64,000 bases of DNA, from NCBI GenBank assembly GCA_964016885.1, contig OZ024740.1, positions 393,576,001-393,640,000 of the forward strand, given 5' to 3'. Each line of letters begins with the position of its first letter. Positions within the stretch are counted from its first letter, which is position 1. Origin of the DNA: Eledone cirrhosa (lineage: Eukaryota). Shown here in pieces: positions 11,746-22,850 of this stretch. Position numbers and translations under genes: made by a program. The notes under the pieces were generated by a model. The model ran no database searches. It worked only from the letters and a program-made list of their open reading frames with translations, and was not told the origin of the DNA.

Positions 11746-11868
11746 CCATTCTGCTCTGAGGAAACAGTGGTCACAGCATTGGATATTCGAGTTCTGCAAA
11801 TACTTGTGAATTTGCACGTAGCGGAACTAGGCTGCAGCACCACCGTGGAAACACTTGTAAGCACATGG
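11746..11868 (+). ncRNA. Type I hammerhead ribozyme with extended stem II, in the PLE 3' pLTR; predicted cleavage after A11859
   Basis: Stem I CCATTCTGCT/AGCACATGG; core CTGAGGA (11756-11762); stem II ACAGTGGT/ACCACCGT enclosing a structured insert; GAAAC-ACTT-GTA; AATAAA at 11869-11874. Confidence 0.75.
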
Positions 11869-12125
11869 AATAAACTACCTTTTTATGATGTTTACCTGTT
11901 ATTATTCATTCTTTATATACATTCATTCTTTATATACACTCCGGAACACTGAAGGATCAGGAACTAAGTTTCTTGAACAATTCTTCCATAACTCGTAGAG
12001 TAACCTCTTACCGTACGTCAACCATATCCAGTGTAGTAATTAACCATCACTACATCTTGGATAATCCTATACCTAATATATATATATATAGTCACATATA
12101 TATTTATATATGTAATATACATAAT

Positions 12126-12338
12126 GGAGGCACATGGCTTAGTGGTTAGAGCATTGGCCTTGCAATCGAAAGGTTGTGAGTTCAATTCTCAGACCGGGTG
12201 ATGTGTTGTTTCCTTGAGCAAGAAACTTTATTTCACATTGCTCCAGTTTACTCAGCTGTAGAAATGCAAAGTGGTCGTGGAGGTGCCACGGCAAAAAAGC
12301 ACCCAGCACTCACTGTAAATGAGGTTGGTGTTAGGAAG
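12126..12338 (+). mobile_element. tRNA-derived SINE family A, 3'-truncated
   Basis: Pol III A box TGGCTTAGTGG, B box GAGTTCAATTC, CCTTGAGCAAG core. Near-identical to 13023-13380. Confidence 0.85.
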
Positions 12339-13022
12339 TTCATCCTTCCCACAGTACGTGGGGAGGGGTATTGTTTTGAATATAGAAATAAGAATGTCTG
12401 CTTTGTTTTGTTCATTTCTTACATTCTATTACCCCCACCGTAAGTAGAGACAAATCATCTCAGAAAGAAACCAATCCATTATATGAAGAATATAGTGTTT
12501 TTTCTAAGAGGTAGAGTAGATATTAAGTACAACATTCAGATAACACACTTCAATTTAGACAAACATTTATCTAAAGTATTGATTTTGAGTTTTGCAAAAA
12601 AATACAGAGAAATATTATTATTACAACAGTATTTACTCTTGACAAAATGCCAACTTAGAATATACATCAGTTTTCTGGTGCTAAATCTATTTATGTAGAA
12701 GAGGAAATATTCAAAATGATTTGGAACTTTATTTAATAACGAGGACTGTTAAAAACAAAGCTATTATCATACACAAAGATTTGATGAGAACAGTGAGAAG
12801 ACAAAACAAACATATAAAAACAAGTAGAGAGAGAGACTAGTGTGATGAAGAAAATGGTAGAGACTGGCAGTTGACAATAATCAAAGAAATGACCAGCCAT
12901 TCTAATTTCAGATGAAGAACTACAGAACTTGTGACATAGATTCTTTCATTTCTCTCCAAGAATGTCAAGGAAAAATGGTACCCAGAAATTAAAACAAGGT
13001 TTGCAGACAGTTTACCATCTAT

Positions 13023-13380
13023 ATCATCATCATCATCATTTTTTACGTCTGCTTTTCCCTGCTTGCAAGGGTGGAACAGGAACTAATTCTGGCTTGATTT
13101 CTACAGCTGGATGCCCTTCCTAACACCAACCTCATTTACAGTGAGTGCTGGGTGCTTTTTACCGTGGCGCCTACACGTCCACTTTACAGTGTCGGCTGGG
13201 TTCTTTTTTGCCGTGGCACCTACATGTCCACTTTCATCTCATTTCTACAGCTGAGTAAACTGGAGTAATGTGAAATAAAGTGACTTGCTCAAGGAAACAA
13301 CACATCAGCCGGTCTGAGAATTGAACTCACAACCTTTCGATTGCAAGGCCAATGCTCTAACCACTAAGCCATGTGCCTCC
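13023..13380 (-). mobile_element. Full-length tRNA-derived SINE family A with RTE 3' tail and (GAT)n
   Basis: GGAGGCACATGGCTTAGTGG head, A/B boxes, AGGAAGGGCATCCAGC body, tail CCACCCTTGCAAGCAGGGAAAAGCAGACGTAAAAAATGATGATG. Confidence 0.9.
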
Positions 13381-13639
13381 ATTATTTTTTATCATTTATT
13401 TTGTTTTGACCTGTTTAGCTTGATTTGGTTTTTGGCTTGGGTGGTTAATGCTTTCTTGACCACCTTTTCAGTTTTGTATGGCTTCTTAACACATTGTTTA
13501 GCTCTGGTTTTTAACTATTGAGCACTTTGCCAGTATCATTTCTGATTTTTGGGTTTCGCTTCGCTTTTCCTCCCCGCCGAAATGCGATTCTCACTGAATC
13601 TTTATTTGTTATTTATATATACACACACACACACACTAG

Positions 13640-13925
13640 AGGTCTAAAGTTTGTCTTAAGCAAGAAGGCTCGTTGGGCTGGTGCTACTCTGGTTTCATGG
13701 TGTGAAGTGACTGAGAGTACAAGTCTCTCCCCTGGACAGGATGCCAGTCCATCACTGGGTTAAACCCCCAGCGATTGCTGGTACTAATTTTCAGTCGAGT
13801 ATATTGGAGCAATGTAAAATGAAGTGTTTTGCTCAAGAACACAACACACAACTCAGCCCAGGAATCAAACCCACGACATTATCATCATTAAGTCAAACAC
13901 CCTAATCACTAGGCCATGCACCTCC
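13640..13925 (-). mobile_element. tRNA-derived SINE with Meta-type core
   Basis: GGAGGTGCATGGCCTAGTG head; core GATGGACTGGCATCCTGTCCAGGGG...CATGAAACCAG resembles the MetaSINE domain. An older copy lies at ~58490-58690 (+). Confidence 0.65.
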
Positions 13926-16536
13926 ATGGAGGGCTCATGTAGTGGGTATTAAAGTGAGATGTGAGGATTTGGAATGATTAGAAGATATACTAAATAAAAG
14001 AATCCAAATGACATCAGAGGAATGAATGTAAAACTGATAAGGATGATTTTGATGATGGCTTGGAACATCAAGATAGTGATGAAACTGAAAAAGTTATAAC
14101 CTGAATGGCCATCACTCAAGGGAGACAATATGTTTTGTCACTGAGAGCAGGAAATGAGGACAAACTGATGTGAGGCTAAAGTAAATGAGTGATTGAATGA
14201 TGATAGAGATGATTGTGATTATAAGAAAGAGGATGTATCTATGGAGAGGATGGTGAGTTGATAAAGGTGATTAGTGTCATGATGACATTTATGACACTAA
14301 CAGTTACGAGAACAACAAGTGTTATGGTGATGCCAGTAGAGTAATGATATAATGTAGAGGTCACCATGAATATGGTAATAAATGAGATAATTGTTGTGGC
14401 TTGGTGTTGATATCACAACTGCCAGTAATAACGATAGTGATAACATTGTTGGTATTGGCAGTAATCATTATGACAGCCACTACTGCCACTGCCACCGCCA
14501 CCACCAACAATCACTGTCATCCCTTCTGTAGTCAATGCTTCTAAACTCTGAAGTAAGTTTGAAACATTTGCAGTGTTGTATCTGCTCTTGGGTCCCAATA
14601 ATGGGGGGGGGGGGGTAAGTGGAGGGGTGAAAGGTTGGGAAATCGGTACTTCTTCTAGGTTGTCTCCCTAGATACTTTTAGAAACCAGAATTAGTTGGTT
14701 AATTTACATATTGAAACCCCAACCTATCCTATTTATTTTATTACATATGGGATTTCTTGTTATGTTCTTTTTTGCCAAGTATAATGTTTTTTAATGTCTA
14801 AAGAAAATCAATTATCACAGGAATTCTACCACTTAAAATAAAATTTTGCCAAAGATAGATTAGCAAAATTTTATACGCAGGAGGTTTGAAAAAAAAATCT
14901 AAAAACTTAATAAGCAGGAGGTGGGGGTGGGGGAATTATTCATGACTTGAGAATATACAGTGTATTTGGTTTGGGTACGTTTTTAGAACTAGATAACCTT
15001 CTTATGAGCATTTACTAACTGAGTGAATTGGATGAGTAGCTGTTTTATGGGATAATGGCCCTCTGCCTTATATTAGTTTCATTTCAAAGTGGCTACTCCT
15101 ATAAATGAGTCAGCTTTACTATCTTTCCTGAAGCCATGAAGCTTTTCTTAAACTAATGTCAGTAATGTTGTCATCACCAAAGCTGTTGTTATGGTGATGA
15201 CAATACAGTGACAGACTTGATACAAGATAAGAATAATGGTGATGATGATGATGATGACTATAGTCATCACTACTACAATCACATCTAATAATGCTATCAT
15301 TTAGCAGTTTTGTATATGTAGGTATGGCTGTCTTGTTGCATGGCACATTGGATAAGTGTTTTCTACTTTAGCCTTGGGTTGACCAATATCTTGTGAGTAG
15401 AATTTGGTAGATGGAAACTACAAAATCCTATTGTATATGTATGTGTGTTTATGTTTACATTTGTGATTTTGCTTATGTCTCGGAACTTAGGAGGTCAACA
15501 AAGAAAAGATTGATCAAATAAAAGTACCAGACTTTAAACAATAAGTACTGGGATCAATTTGATCTACCAAATCAAGTTAGTGCCCCAGCATGGCTGCAGT
15601 ATAATGACTGAAACAAGTAAAAGAATAAAAGAATATAGTATAAACACTGTACATTGCTTCTATAACTGACAATAAAACATATTGTAAACACTTGATACAA
15701 TTCAAAGTGTAATAAATTCAATTACTTAACCTTTTTTATGATCACAGGTATCCACCAACTGGGAATCAGACTTATTAATTTCAAAAGAAATGAAAATATT
15801 TCCACTAGGCATTAATCAGTGGGTATCAAATGCATCATGTACTCAATTTGCTAAAAGCTTACCACCTGTGCTACAGACAACGGATTAAAACAATTTTGCA
15901 AAAATGTTATATCATGTATTTTGTGGGCTAGAGTGTTGCTAGTTATATGATTCTAATGGGTCAATCACTCCTTCACTGCATTTCTAATGGAAAGAGTGTA
16001 ACTTGGGTTGAATAAATTTTGTTGGGTATTTTTGATTGAAAATACGGTTTCAATGGTTTTCTTATGTGTATGTCTTTCAATGGTGTACATTGGTAAGGCA
16101 CACACACACACAGGATATTCTTTTGTACAGTTTGGTCAACCCAAGTTTATGGTAGAAGACACTTGTCCAAGGTGTCAGTCATGCAATGAAATTGAGAAAG
16201 TATTTACAAAGTTTTAATATTTAAAGAAAATAAGACAACCCTCTCCCACATTTTTAGAAAATGTTATTCCTTTATGATTAGAAGATAAAAGAGCATGAGA
16301 AAATTCTAAATTAATATAAAGAAAGGGAGATATATTTTTAGTTTAAGGTATTATTTAAAAAAAAAGAGTTCCTTTAACAGTTATGGAGATCATTAAAAAC
16401 ACTTGGTGGAAGATCGAAATGGATAGGGAATAGTTGAAAGAGGCCAACTAAGAGAACACTAGATAAGGATTCAGAGTAGAATGGACAGGAAGAAACAGTG
16501 AGCAAGAGAGAGGAGACACAGAGAAAAACAGTTGAT

Positions 16537-16775
16537 GCATGTGTATATGTGTAGGGGATACTTATGTATCAAAAAGTTCAAATAATAAAAATTTCTCATA
16601 TGGGAATATTCCCATATCTCATTGCATTGAGAATTTGGGAATATTCTCAATGTAATGCATAAATAAACTCATGGTGAGATAGCAAATGTAGAAAAAAACC
16701 GTGTTTCATTGTGAAATAATCACTCCAGATATTTTAGCACATAATTAGCAGTAGAATTTGAACTTGGTGAAAATC
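16537..16775. repeat. Dispersed repeat, inverted relative to 27927-28113
   Basis: GTGAAATAATCACTCCAGATATTTTAGCA and its flanks occur as the reverse complement at ~27960-27990. Confidence 0.7.
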
Positions 16776-16999
16776 GTCAAAATATTGACCCCCGAATATG
16801 AGCCATCAATTTTTTGGTCACATATTCTTTGACTTTTATTCGAGTATACATGGTAATTACTTTGATATATCACTCCGATTTTCTAGTTATTTTCAAAATT
16901 AACTTTAGTTTAGTTTCCTGATATTTTACCCCTCACCCATTTATAAAAGTGATTACAAACCAGGGTTCAATATCTGGTATACAATGGAGAATTGATATA

Positions 17000-17499
17000 T
17001 GAATAATTATGAATGCAGAGTGTTAAATTTTCATTTTTTATTTAATTACATAAGATGTGTATTTCTGGTTAATTCCTCTGATCAATTATGCAAAGCATGC
17101 TGAACAGACAAGCCTGCATCAGACAAACAAACAAAATATAACGATGTCAGAAATATGTTTTGATATGCCATGTTGGGTGTTATAGTGGTATATATCTTTG
17201 TCTGAAGAAGGCTTGTCTATTCAACATGCTTTGCATAATTGACCAGTGGACTTACCCAGGGCTGTCTTAACAGCATTATAGGCCCCCGGGCAAAGCAGAG
17301 CACTGGGGCCCCTACCTACACAACCACTCACAGGAATAAAAATACAAATGGGCCCCCTATCCTCGTGGGGCCCCCGGGCAACTTCCCAGCATTCCCATGC
17401 GTTAAGACGGCCCTGGACTTACCCAGAAATGCACATCACATTATAGAATTATCATAAATAAAATATGAAAAATTAACCTCTTGCTTTCATAATTATTCA
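17000..17499. mobile_element. Fold-back/MITE-like element with long imperfect inverted arms, interrupted by a hAT MITE
   Basis: CTGATCAATTATGCAAAGCATGCTGAACAGACAAGCCT pairs with AGGCTTGTCTATTCAACATGCTTTGCATAATTGACCAG. The arms continue out to TGAATAATTATGAA / TTCATAATTATTCA. Confidence 0.7.
17257..17415. mobile_element. hAT-type MITE (159 bp) with 15-bp TIRs and 8-bp TSD
   Basis: TIRs CAGGGCTGTCTTAAC / GTTAAGACGGCCCTG; TSD GACTTACC at 17249-17256 and 17416-17423. Confidence 0.92.
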
Positions 17500-18513
17500 C
17501 ACATTAAACGATGATGATGATGATGATAATATAATATACAAACAGTGTTTGTTTTTGTTTGTGTTTGATTCAATAGCTGCCATGACATGTGTAAATTAGG
17601 ATTACTTAGATAAAATAGGCAGTCATAAAGGCTGTCCTTTTCTTTATGCAACTGTACTGTAAACATAAAAAGTGGTATTGGCTGGACAATAGTTTCAAAC
17701 ATCATTATGTTTTCTTCAACTACTTACCCCCTTTAATTGATTACTATTCTATTATGGGTAAGATTTATGGGTGAGTATTGTAGGGTAATATACCAGTCAG
17801 CCAGCCAGCCAGCTAGCTATGTTTGCAGTGAAGGTTTGATTTCCAATTAAGTTATTTCACTCATCTTTCCATCCATAATCAATAGACTAGTGCAGAGTGT
17901 AGTTAAACTACATTGCTGGCATGCAGTATATGTAAAGCATTTGTAATTAGATATACCATCTAAATGATACATGGCCAGCTACGATAGACTGTCATAACCA
18001 CAGCTACCACCACCACCACCACCACCACCACACATCATTTAGCAGTTACATCCAATTTCCATGCTGATATGTTGATTAAGTTTGTATAAAGATTAATTCC
18101 CCTCCACTCTTCTTCATTCATCATGTAGCCTCAATGAATATGCACCACCACTGACCACAAAAAACAAAAACAAAGAAAACAATTATACAAATAGAATTGA
18201 ATACATAGATCTAGTCACTGCTAGATAAATAATACAACTAGATAGTAAGAAAGACTAATGTATTAATTGTTGATTGATTGAATAGCATGCATGTATACAG
18301 AAATAGATTTCAAAACCAAACAGATGGTGCAGTTTTACTTGTTTCAAAGATAAATGTTATTGACCAATATAATAGGGGAAATTGAGTTAAGTGGTTCAAT
18401 AGGTCTACTTGTGGTTAATTAAATTCAGTTTTCAGTGATCAGTTCTATCACACAACTACTATTACATTACTGTAATAAATCTTTGTGTATGTGTGTATGT
18501 TCACAATCCTCAT

Positions 18514-18559
<46 letters not shown>

Positions 18560-18629
18560 ATGAGTATTACTGTAATATATCTTTGTGTATGTGTGTATGT
18601 TCACAATCATTATTTTCATTTCATTTTTT

Positions 18630-18737
18630 CATTTCATTTTACGTCCACTTTTCCCTGCTTGCAAGGGTGGGACGGGAACTAATTCTGGCTTGATTTCTAC
18701 AGCTGGATGCCATTCCTAACACCAACCTCATTTACAG
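18630..18737 (-). mobile_element. SINE family A 3' fragment
   Basis: Reverse complement of ...CATCCAGCTGTAGAAATCAAGCCAGAATTAGTTCCCGTCCCACCCTTGCAAGCAGGGAAAAGTGGACGTAAAATGA. Confidence 0.8.
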
Positions 18738-18744
18738 TTTTATA

Positions 18745-18865
18745 TATATAAATGACTTTTACAGGTCTATAACTGTTTCATCTTTATGAAATCATTAGGA
18801 ATGTGCATTCCTGATGATTTCATACAAATGAAACAGTTCTAGTCCTGTAGAAGCCATTTCTATAT
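18745..18865. repeat. ~120-bp imperfect palindrome made of two head-to-head degenerate hammerhead-like motifs
   Basis: The arms meet at GGAATG-TG-CATTCC. The right arm has CTGATGA (18811) and GAAACAGTT (18830). Confidence 0.7.
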
Positions 18866-18961
18866 GAAACAATGATGCTTTACTCTACTAATGTATTGAG
18901 TACCTCTTTTAACTGTAGTTATTCCTGATTTTACTCGGGATATTTCTCTTTCTCTCTCTCT

Positions 18962-18997
<36 letters not shown>

Positions 18998-19054
18998 CAC
19001 TGATTCCCTGTTTCTTATGTGATATATATATATATATATATGAATATATATATA

Positions 19055-19425
19055 CAGGGTGTCCCCCCAAAATGTATACACACTTTGAATGGTGATAAAA
19101 ACATTGTTTATGTAGAATATTGAAGTTTTTATTATTCAAGACAAAGTAGACAGGCTTATAATGTTTTGAGTTATTGCAGGTGTTCAAAATAATGACCATT
19201 CTGATCCAGGTATTGCTGTCGATGGATAGAATTGACTTTGTGAATCATTTCATTGGTATTTGGGCGTAATCCTGTTTAATCACAATTTACGAGGCATCAC
19301 TTCCAAAATTCAACTCTTTCATTCATATCATTTTCATTAAGGGCATGAACAAGTACTGGAATGGATATATAAACATTGTTTTTACCATCATTCAAACTGT
19401 GCATACATATTTTTGTGACACCCTG
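19055..19425 (-). mobile_element. Internally deleted Tc1/mariner element
   Basis: TIRs TA|CAGGGTGTCCCCCCAAAATGTATACACACTTTGAATGGTG and CATCATTCAAACTGTGCATACATATTTTTGTGACACCCTG. Minus-strand transposase C-terminus QNGHYFEHLQ*. Confidence 0.85.
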
Positions 19426-19496
19426 TGTGTGTATGAAGTGAAATCTTGTTTAGTTTTTGCTATTTTACAAAACTACAGCTGCATGTATGTACTTAC

Positions 19497-19600
19497 CATA
19501 TGCATTGGTATAATAATACCTTTCACACAGCATGATGTCCCATTTATCATATAAAAGATGATACTTAGAGCTCTCACTCTCACTCGGTAGCAGATTTCCA
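19497..19600 (-). other. Candidate spliced exon (104 nt) of an unidentified host transcript
   Basis: Acceptor TTCTTATCCCACAACTGTTGCAG, donor ATG|GTAAGTAC. Two of three frames are open. No recognisable product. Confidence 0.3.
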
Positions 19601-20819
19601 CTGCAACAGTTGTGGGATAAGAACAAACATACAACAACTCAAATTTCTGTTTTAGAGTAGGTAGAAATGAAATGTTACCAACATGTTAACCATGTGTATA
19701 ACCTAAATTACTCAAATCAACTTAATTTAAGCTCATCACAGAAACAAATATTAAGTCACTCACATTTAATACCATCTTTCATCTCAACATATCTGTACAT
19801 CTTTCACCATCTCTCATTCATCACTTTATTAGTAGCAGTCATACATCAATATTAATAGTTTTATTGATGCCCCTTCAGCAACAACATCACAGCTTTTAAG
19901 ATGCAAAAACTTCATAGACAAAATCACATTTCGTTCAAGATAATAAAAAAAAGTAAACCTATAACAATACCATGGTTTCTGAAAATTTTGATCCACATGT
20001 GGTGACAGCAGATTTGTTCAACAGCATGGAAAAATGCACACACACACACACAAGTATTGACTATGAACTCCAACTATTTGGATAGTTGTTTTTCTTTCTC
20101 AAAATGAAACAGAATTAATTATGAACTCATAACTGTATCATTTTTCTAATGTTTTACTTCTCTTTTTCACACCCCCTTCACAATCCTTTTCACAGTTTAG
20201 ACATTTTGATTTTTTCCTACACTATGTTATTTGTTCTCTTTCGTTGAGTTATCTGCTTTACATACTTACACCTATCTGCATACATTTCAACATGTAACAC
20301 ACACATTTTCACTCCAATACAAGTCCATGGATTTTGTATGTGGATGTTTGAAATGGGATTTGCAAAGAATCTTTGTTTGACAAGATCTTTTCTTTTAACT
20401 TGGTGGTATTGGCTCATGCAACTGACCAGATCAACTTCAGCATGCAGCTGCACTTCTGTAACACTTGATTATGTAGTTGCACACCCCATGGCTATAATCC
20501 ACACATTGGTCTCAACTGTTCAGCCCCATTTTAATACACTATAACGACACTAAGATCTCTCTTTGACTACCTTTCATATATCTAATGCTTGTTTTCTCAG
20601 CAATCTGGACCAACATCAAATAACAATTCTGCTCCATACATGTGTATGTGTTTTATGTGCAATATGTATTCCATTTAAGTTATTTTGATTACCTAAGGGT
20701 AGAAGTGGTGGTTCTGGTAGGCAAATCATGATGTAACAAATCAATCAAAGCGCTCAATGTTATGCAAATCATGCATCATAGATGTGGTATCCAGTGGTTG
20801 GCGGAGGAACAGAGTAAAG

Positions 20820-21205
20820 TATTTATAAAACAACAGAGGGCTGGACTGGAAGATATGCTGTAAAAATGTTATCTCCCTGAAATCACTATACATATTTCAA
20901 TGGCCCAGCTCCATCATACAATTATGATGCAAGACAGGACGATCTCATCAGGTAATTTTGACAGGATTACAAACAGGGTTATGTTGAACCCAAACATGTC
21001 ATGGAAGATAGGGAAAAGAGAATAGAAAAATGAAAAATGAAAATTTTAACTACTCTAGTCTTCCCCTTATCATTATTACTATTCTTATTATTATACTATT
21101 ATTTTTTTTTTTAATTTTTAATTCTGTATAGTGATTTCAAGAAACAGAATTAAAATTTTGACAGCATATCTTCCAGTCTGGCCTTCTGTTGTCATTTTAT
21201 AAATA
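20820..21205. mobile_element. MITE-like element with ~75-bp imperfect terminal inverted repeats
   Basis: GACTGGAAGATATGCTGT...TGAAATCACTATACA versus TGTATAGTGATTTCA...ACAGCATATCTTCCAGTC. Confidence 0.7.
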
Positions 21206-21231
21206 AATAAATAGATATATATATATATACC

Positions 21232-21760
21232 AGGTTGCTCTTGATGCTATGGATAACATACAATCCAGTACAACTTATTGTATAGTCATGTTGTTTGTGA
21301 TTAAACTGGCAATCCTACCAAGCCTACATGGTGAGGAGGAGAATTTCAAGACAGCATGCATGATGAAAAACAAAACCCCTCAAAGGGTAGAGGAACATAT
21401 GAAAGTCAATGGACATCCAATAGTGTTTTACTTTCTTAGGTGGTGCAGGCTAAAATGTGTGTCAAAAATACACAAGGACTGTTGTTGAAAGGGTCCTGAG
21501 GCACACATGTGCAGTGATCATTTGCTATCAGCAGATCCAACACAACATCTGGTCCTACAGACTTCAACACTTCAACCAGGTCACTAGTGAAAGAGTAAAG
21601 GTGAAAGGGACAGATTCTTGACTTGTAACCCACACTCATTCACCTTAAATAGCCTTGTTTGTAATTCTTTGCGGGATGTGTCAGACATAGGCATCCACCA
21701 TTGACTAAGCTAAAGCTGCTAGACACTCGTACATCAATATCGATGAGAGAGCCTATTATA
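21232..21760 (+). mobile_element. Old, diverged relative of the bipartite non-autonomous RTE element
   Basis: CCAGTACAAC...TAAACTGGCAATCCTACCAAG...TGGTGAGGAGG aligns with the 5' end of 46761-47371. It ends in a short hairpin (CATCAATATCGATG) before TA repeats. Confidence 0.55.
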
Positions 21761-22309
21761 TATGTATGACATTGATGCAGAATTTAGCCAATAATGAACA
21801 TACACAGAAAAAAAAATCCTTAAATATCCTCTCTTCACAGCTACATATCCAAGATTCTTGTCATACATTGTTTCTTCACTTTGGCATACTTAATAACATC
21901 AGTAAGAATACAACATTGGTAATATTAAATGTCTTGTGGGTTTCAATGAAACCACATCATATATTTTCCTGAAATTAATTCAAGGCTGTTAGAAATCCTA
22001 AAGTTGTCCTGGACAATTTCTCATCATAACTTCATTATTATTATAATTTCATTATTATTATAACATTTTAAAGGATTATATTTTGTTCCTCGAATTTCCC
22101 CTAGTCTCTGTTCTGTTAAACTGACAAGAGTTAATTGTTCAGGATATGATAAATTGTTTCAAAAACAAAAAAATGTTCATCAGTAATTTCAACAATAGAT
22201 TCAGATTTGCCATGGAGTCAATAATTTCAAACCACAAACCATTTCCTATCTTTAGTTATTAAGGTGGGCCTTCTCACTCCAGTCCCACCAGGTTTTGGTT
22301 TTAGATCAT

Positions 22310-22850
22310 GTAAATGTTTAGAAGGGTAGTCATCTGTCTATGCATGGAGGTGAAATATTTCAACCAATCATTCAATCACCTACATACTATACAAGTGAGT
22401 TCTATCAGAGCTGATAGGGGCTACACAATAGTAACCATCTCCTTTCCTGTGATGTATGTACAGGTTTTCTTCAATGGACAGTATCCATTTAGAATTATTG
22501 CTGCATTGTGGTGGTATACAGCTCTTCCCTGTACGACCTCACAAACATTGAAGGAACAGTTTGCTGGAAGTTATATTACAGTCTCCTGAAAAATTGATTC
22601 TGGTTTCTAGAGAACAATCTATTCTGTTTAAAAGGCATTATTCATTCAGAATATCTCTTTATTTTGATGGCTTGGTCCCCAGTCATTTCTTGATATTTTC
22701 TATTATAGTGAAAAAACCTTTTCCCCTGATGCTGTATTTCTTTTGCAATTTTCTTTGTGCAGATTCCACTCAACACAATAGCAGCATACAATTCAGCTGT
22801 CCCTGCAGTATGTTTGTCTCTTTCCAGTTTTCTATTCAACCATGCCACAG
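22310..22850 (-). mobile_element. Highly decayed R4/Dong-like retroposon fragment (pre-RT region)
   Basis: Minus-strand pieces KIKRY, QNRLF...NQNQFFRRL and WLKYFTSMHRQM resemble the R4-clade region upstream of RT. Confidence 0.45.

Larger units (their letters stand above)
8917..12078 (+). mobile_element. Penelope-like (Naiad-type) element, right arm: intact ORF plus 3' pLTR, ending in (TA)n
   Basis: Starts 16 nt before the ATG. The 3' UTR 11261-12078 is the reverse complement of ~7718-8503, with a 17-bp tandem duplication near 11904-11937. Confidence 0.95.

Noticed and set aside
11596-11952. Recurrent ORF MIKTSTSHSLLL... (also 4620..5006 and 7845..8168)
   Set aside because: It starts at TTG, overlaps the ribozyme and ends differently in each copy. 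It recurs only because the pLTR is repeated.
11940-12078. Second hammerhead starting at CTGAAGGA
   Set aside because: The core does not fit CUGANGA, and no GAAA...UH with consistent stems could be built, even from the longer internal copy.
12126-12200. tRNA gene
   Set aside because: A and B boxes are present, but there is no proper acceptor stem and the sequence runs into a SINE body found several times in the window.
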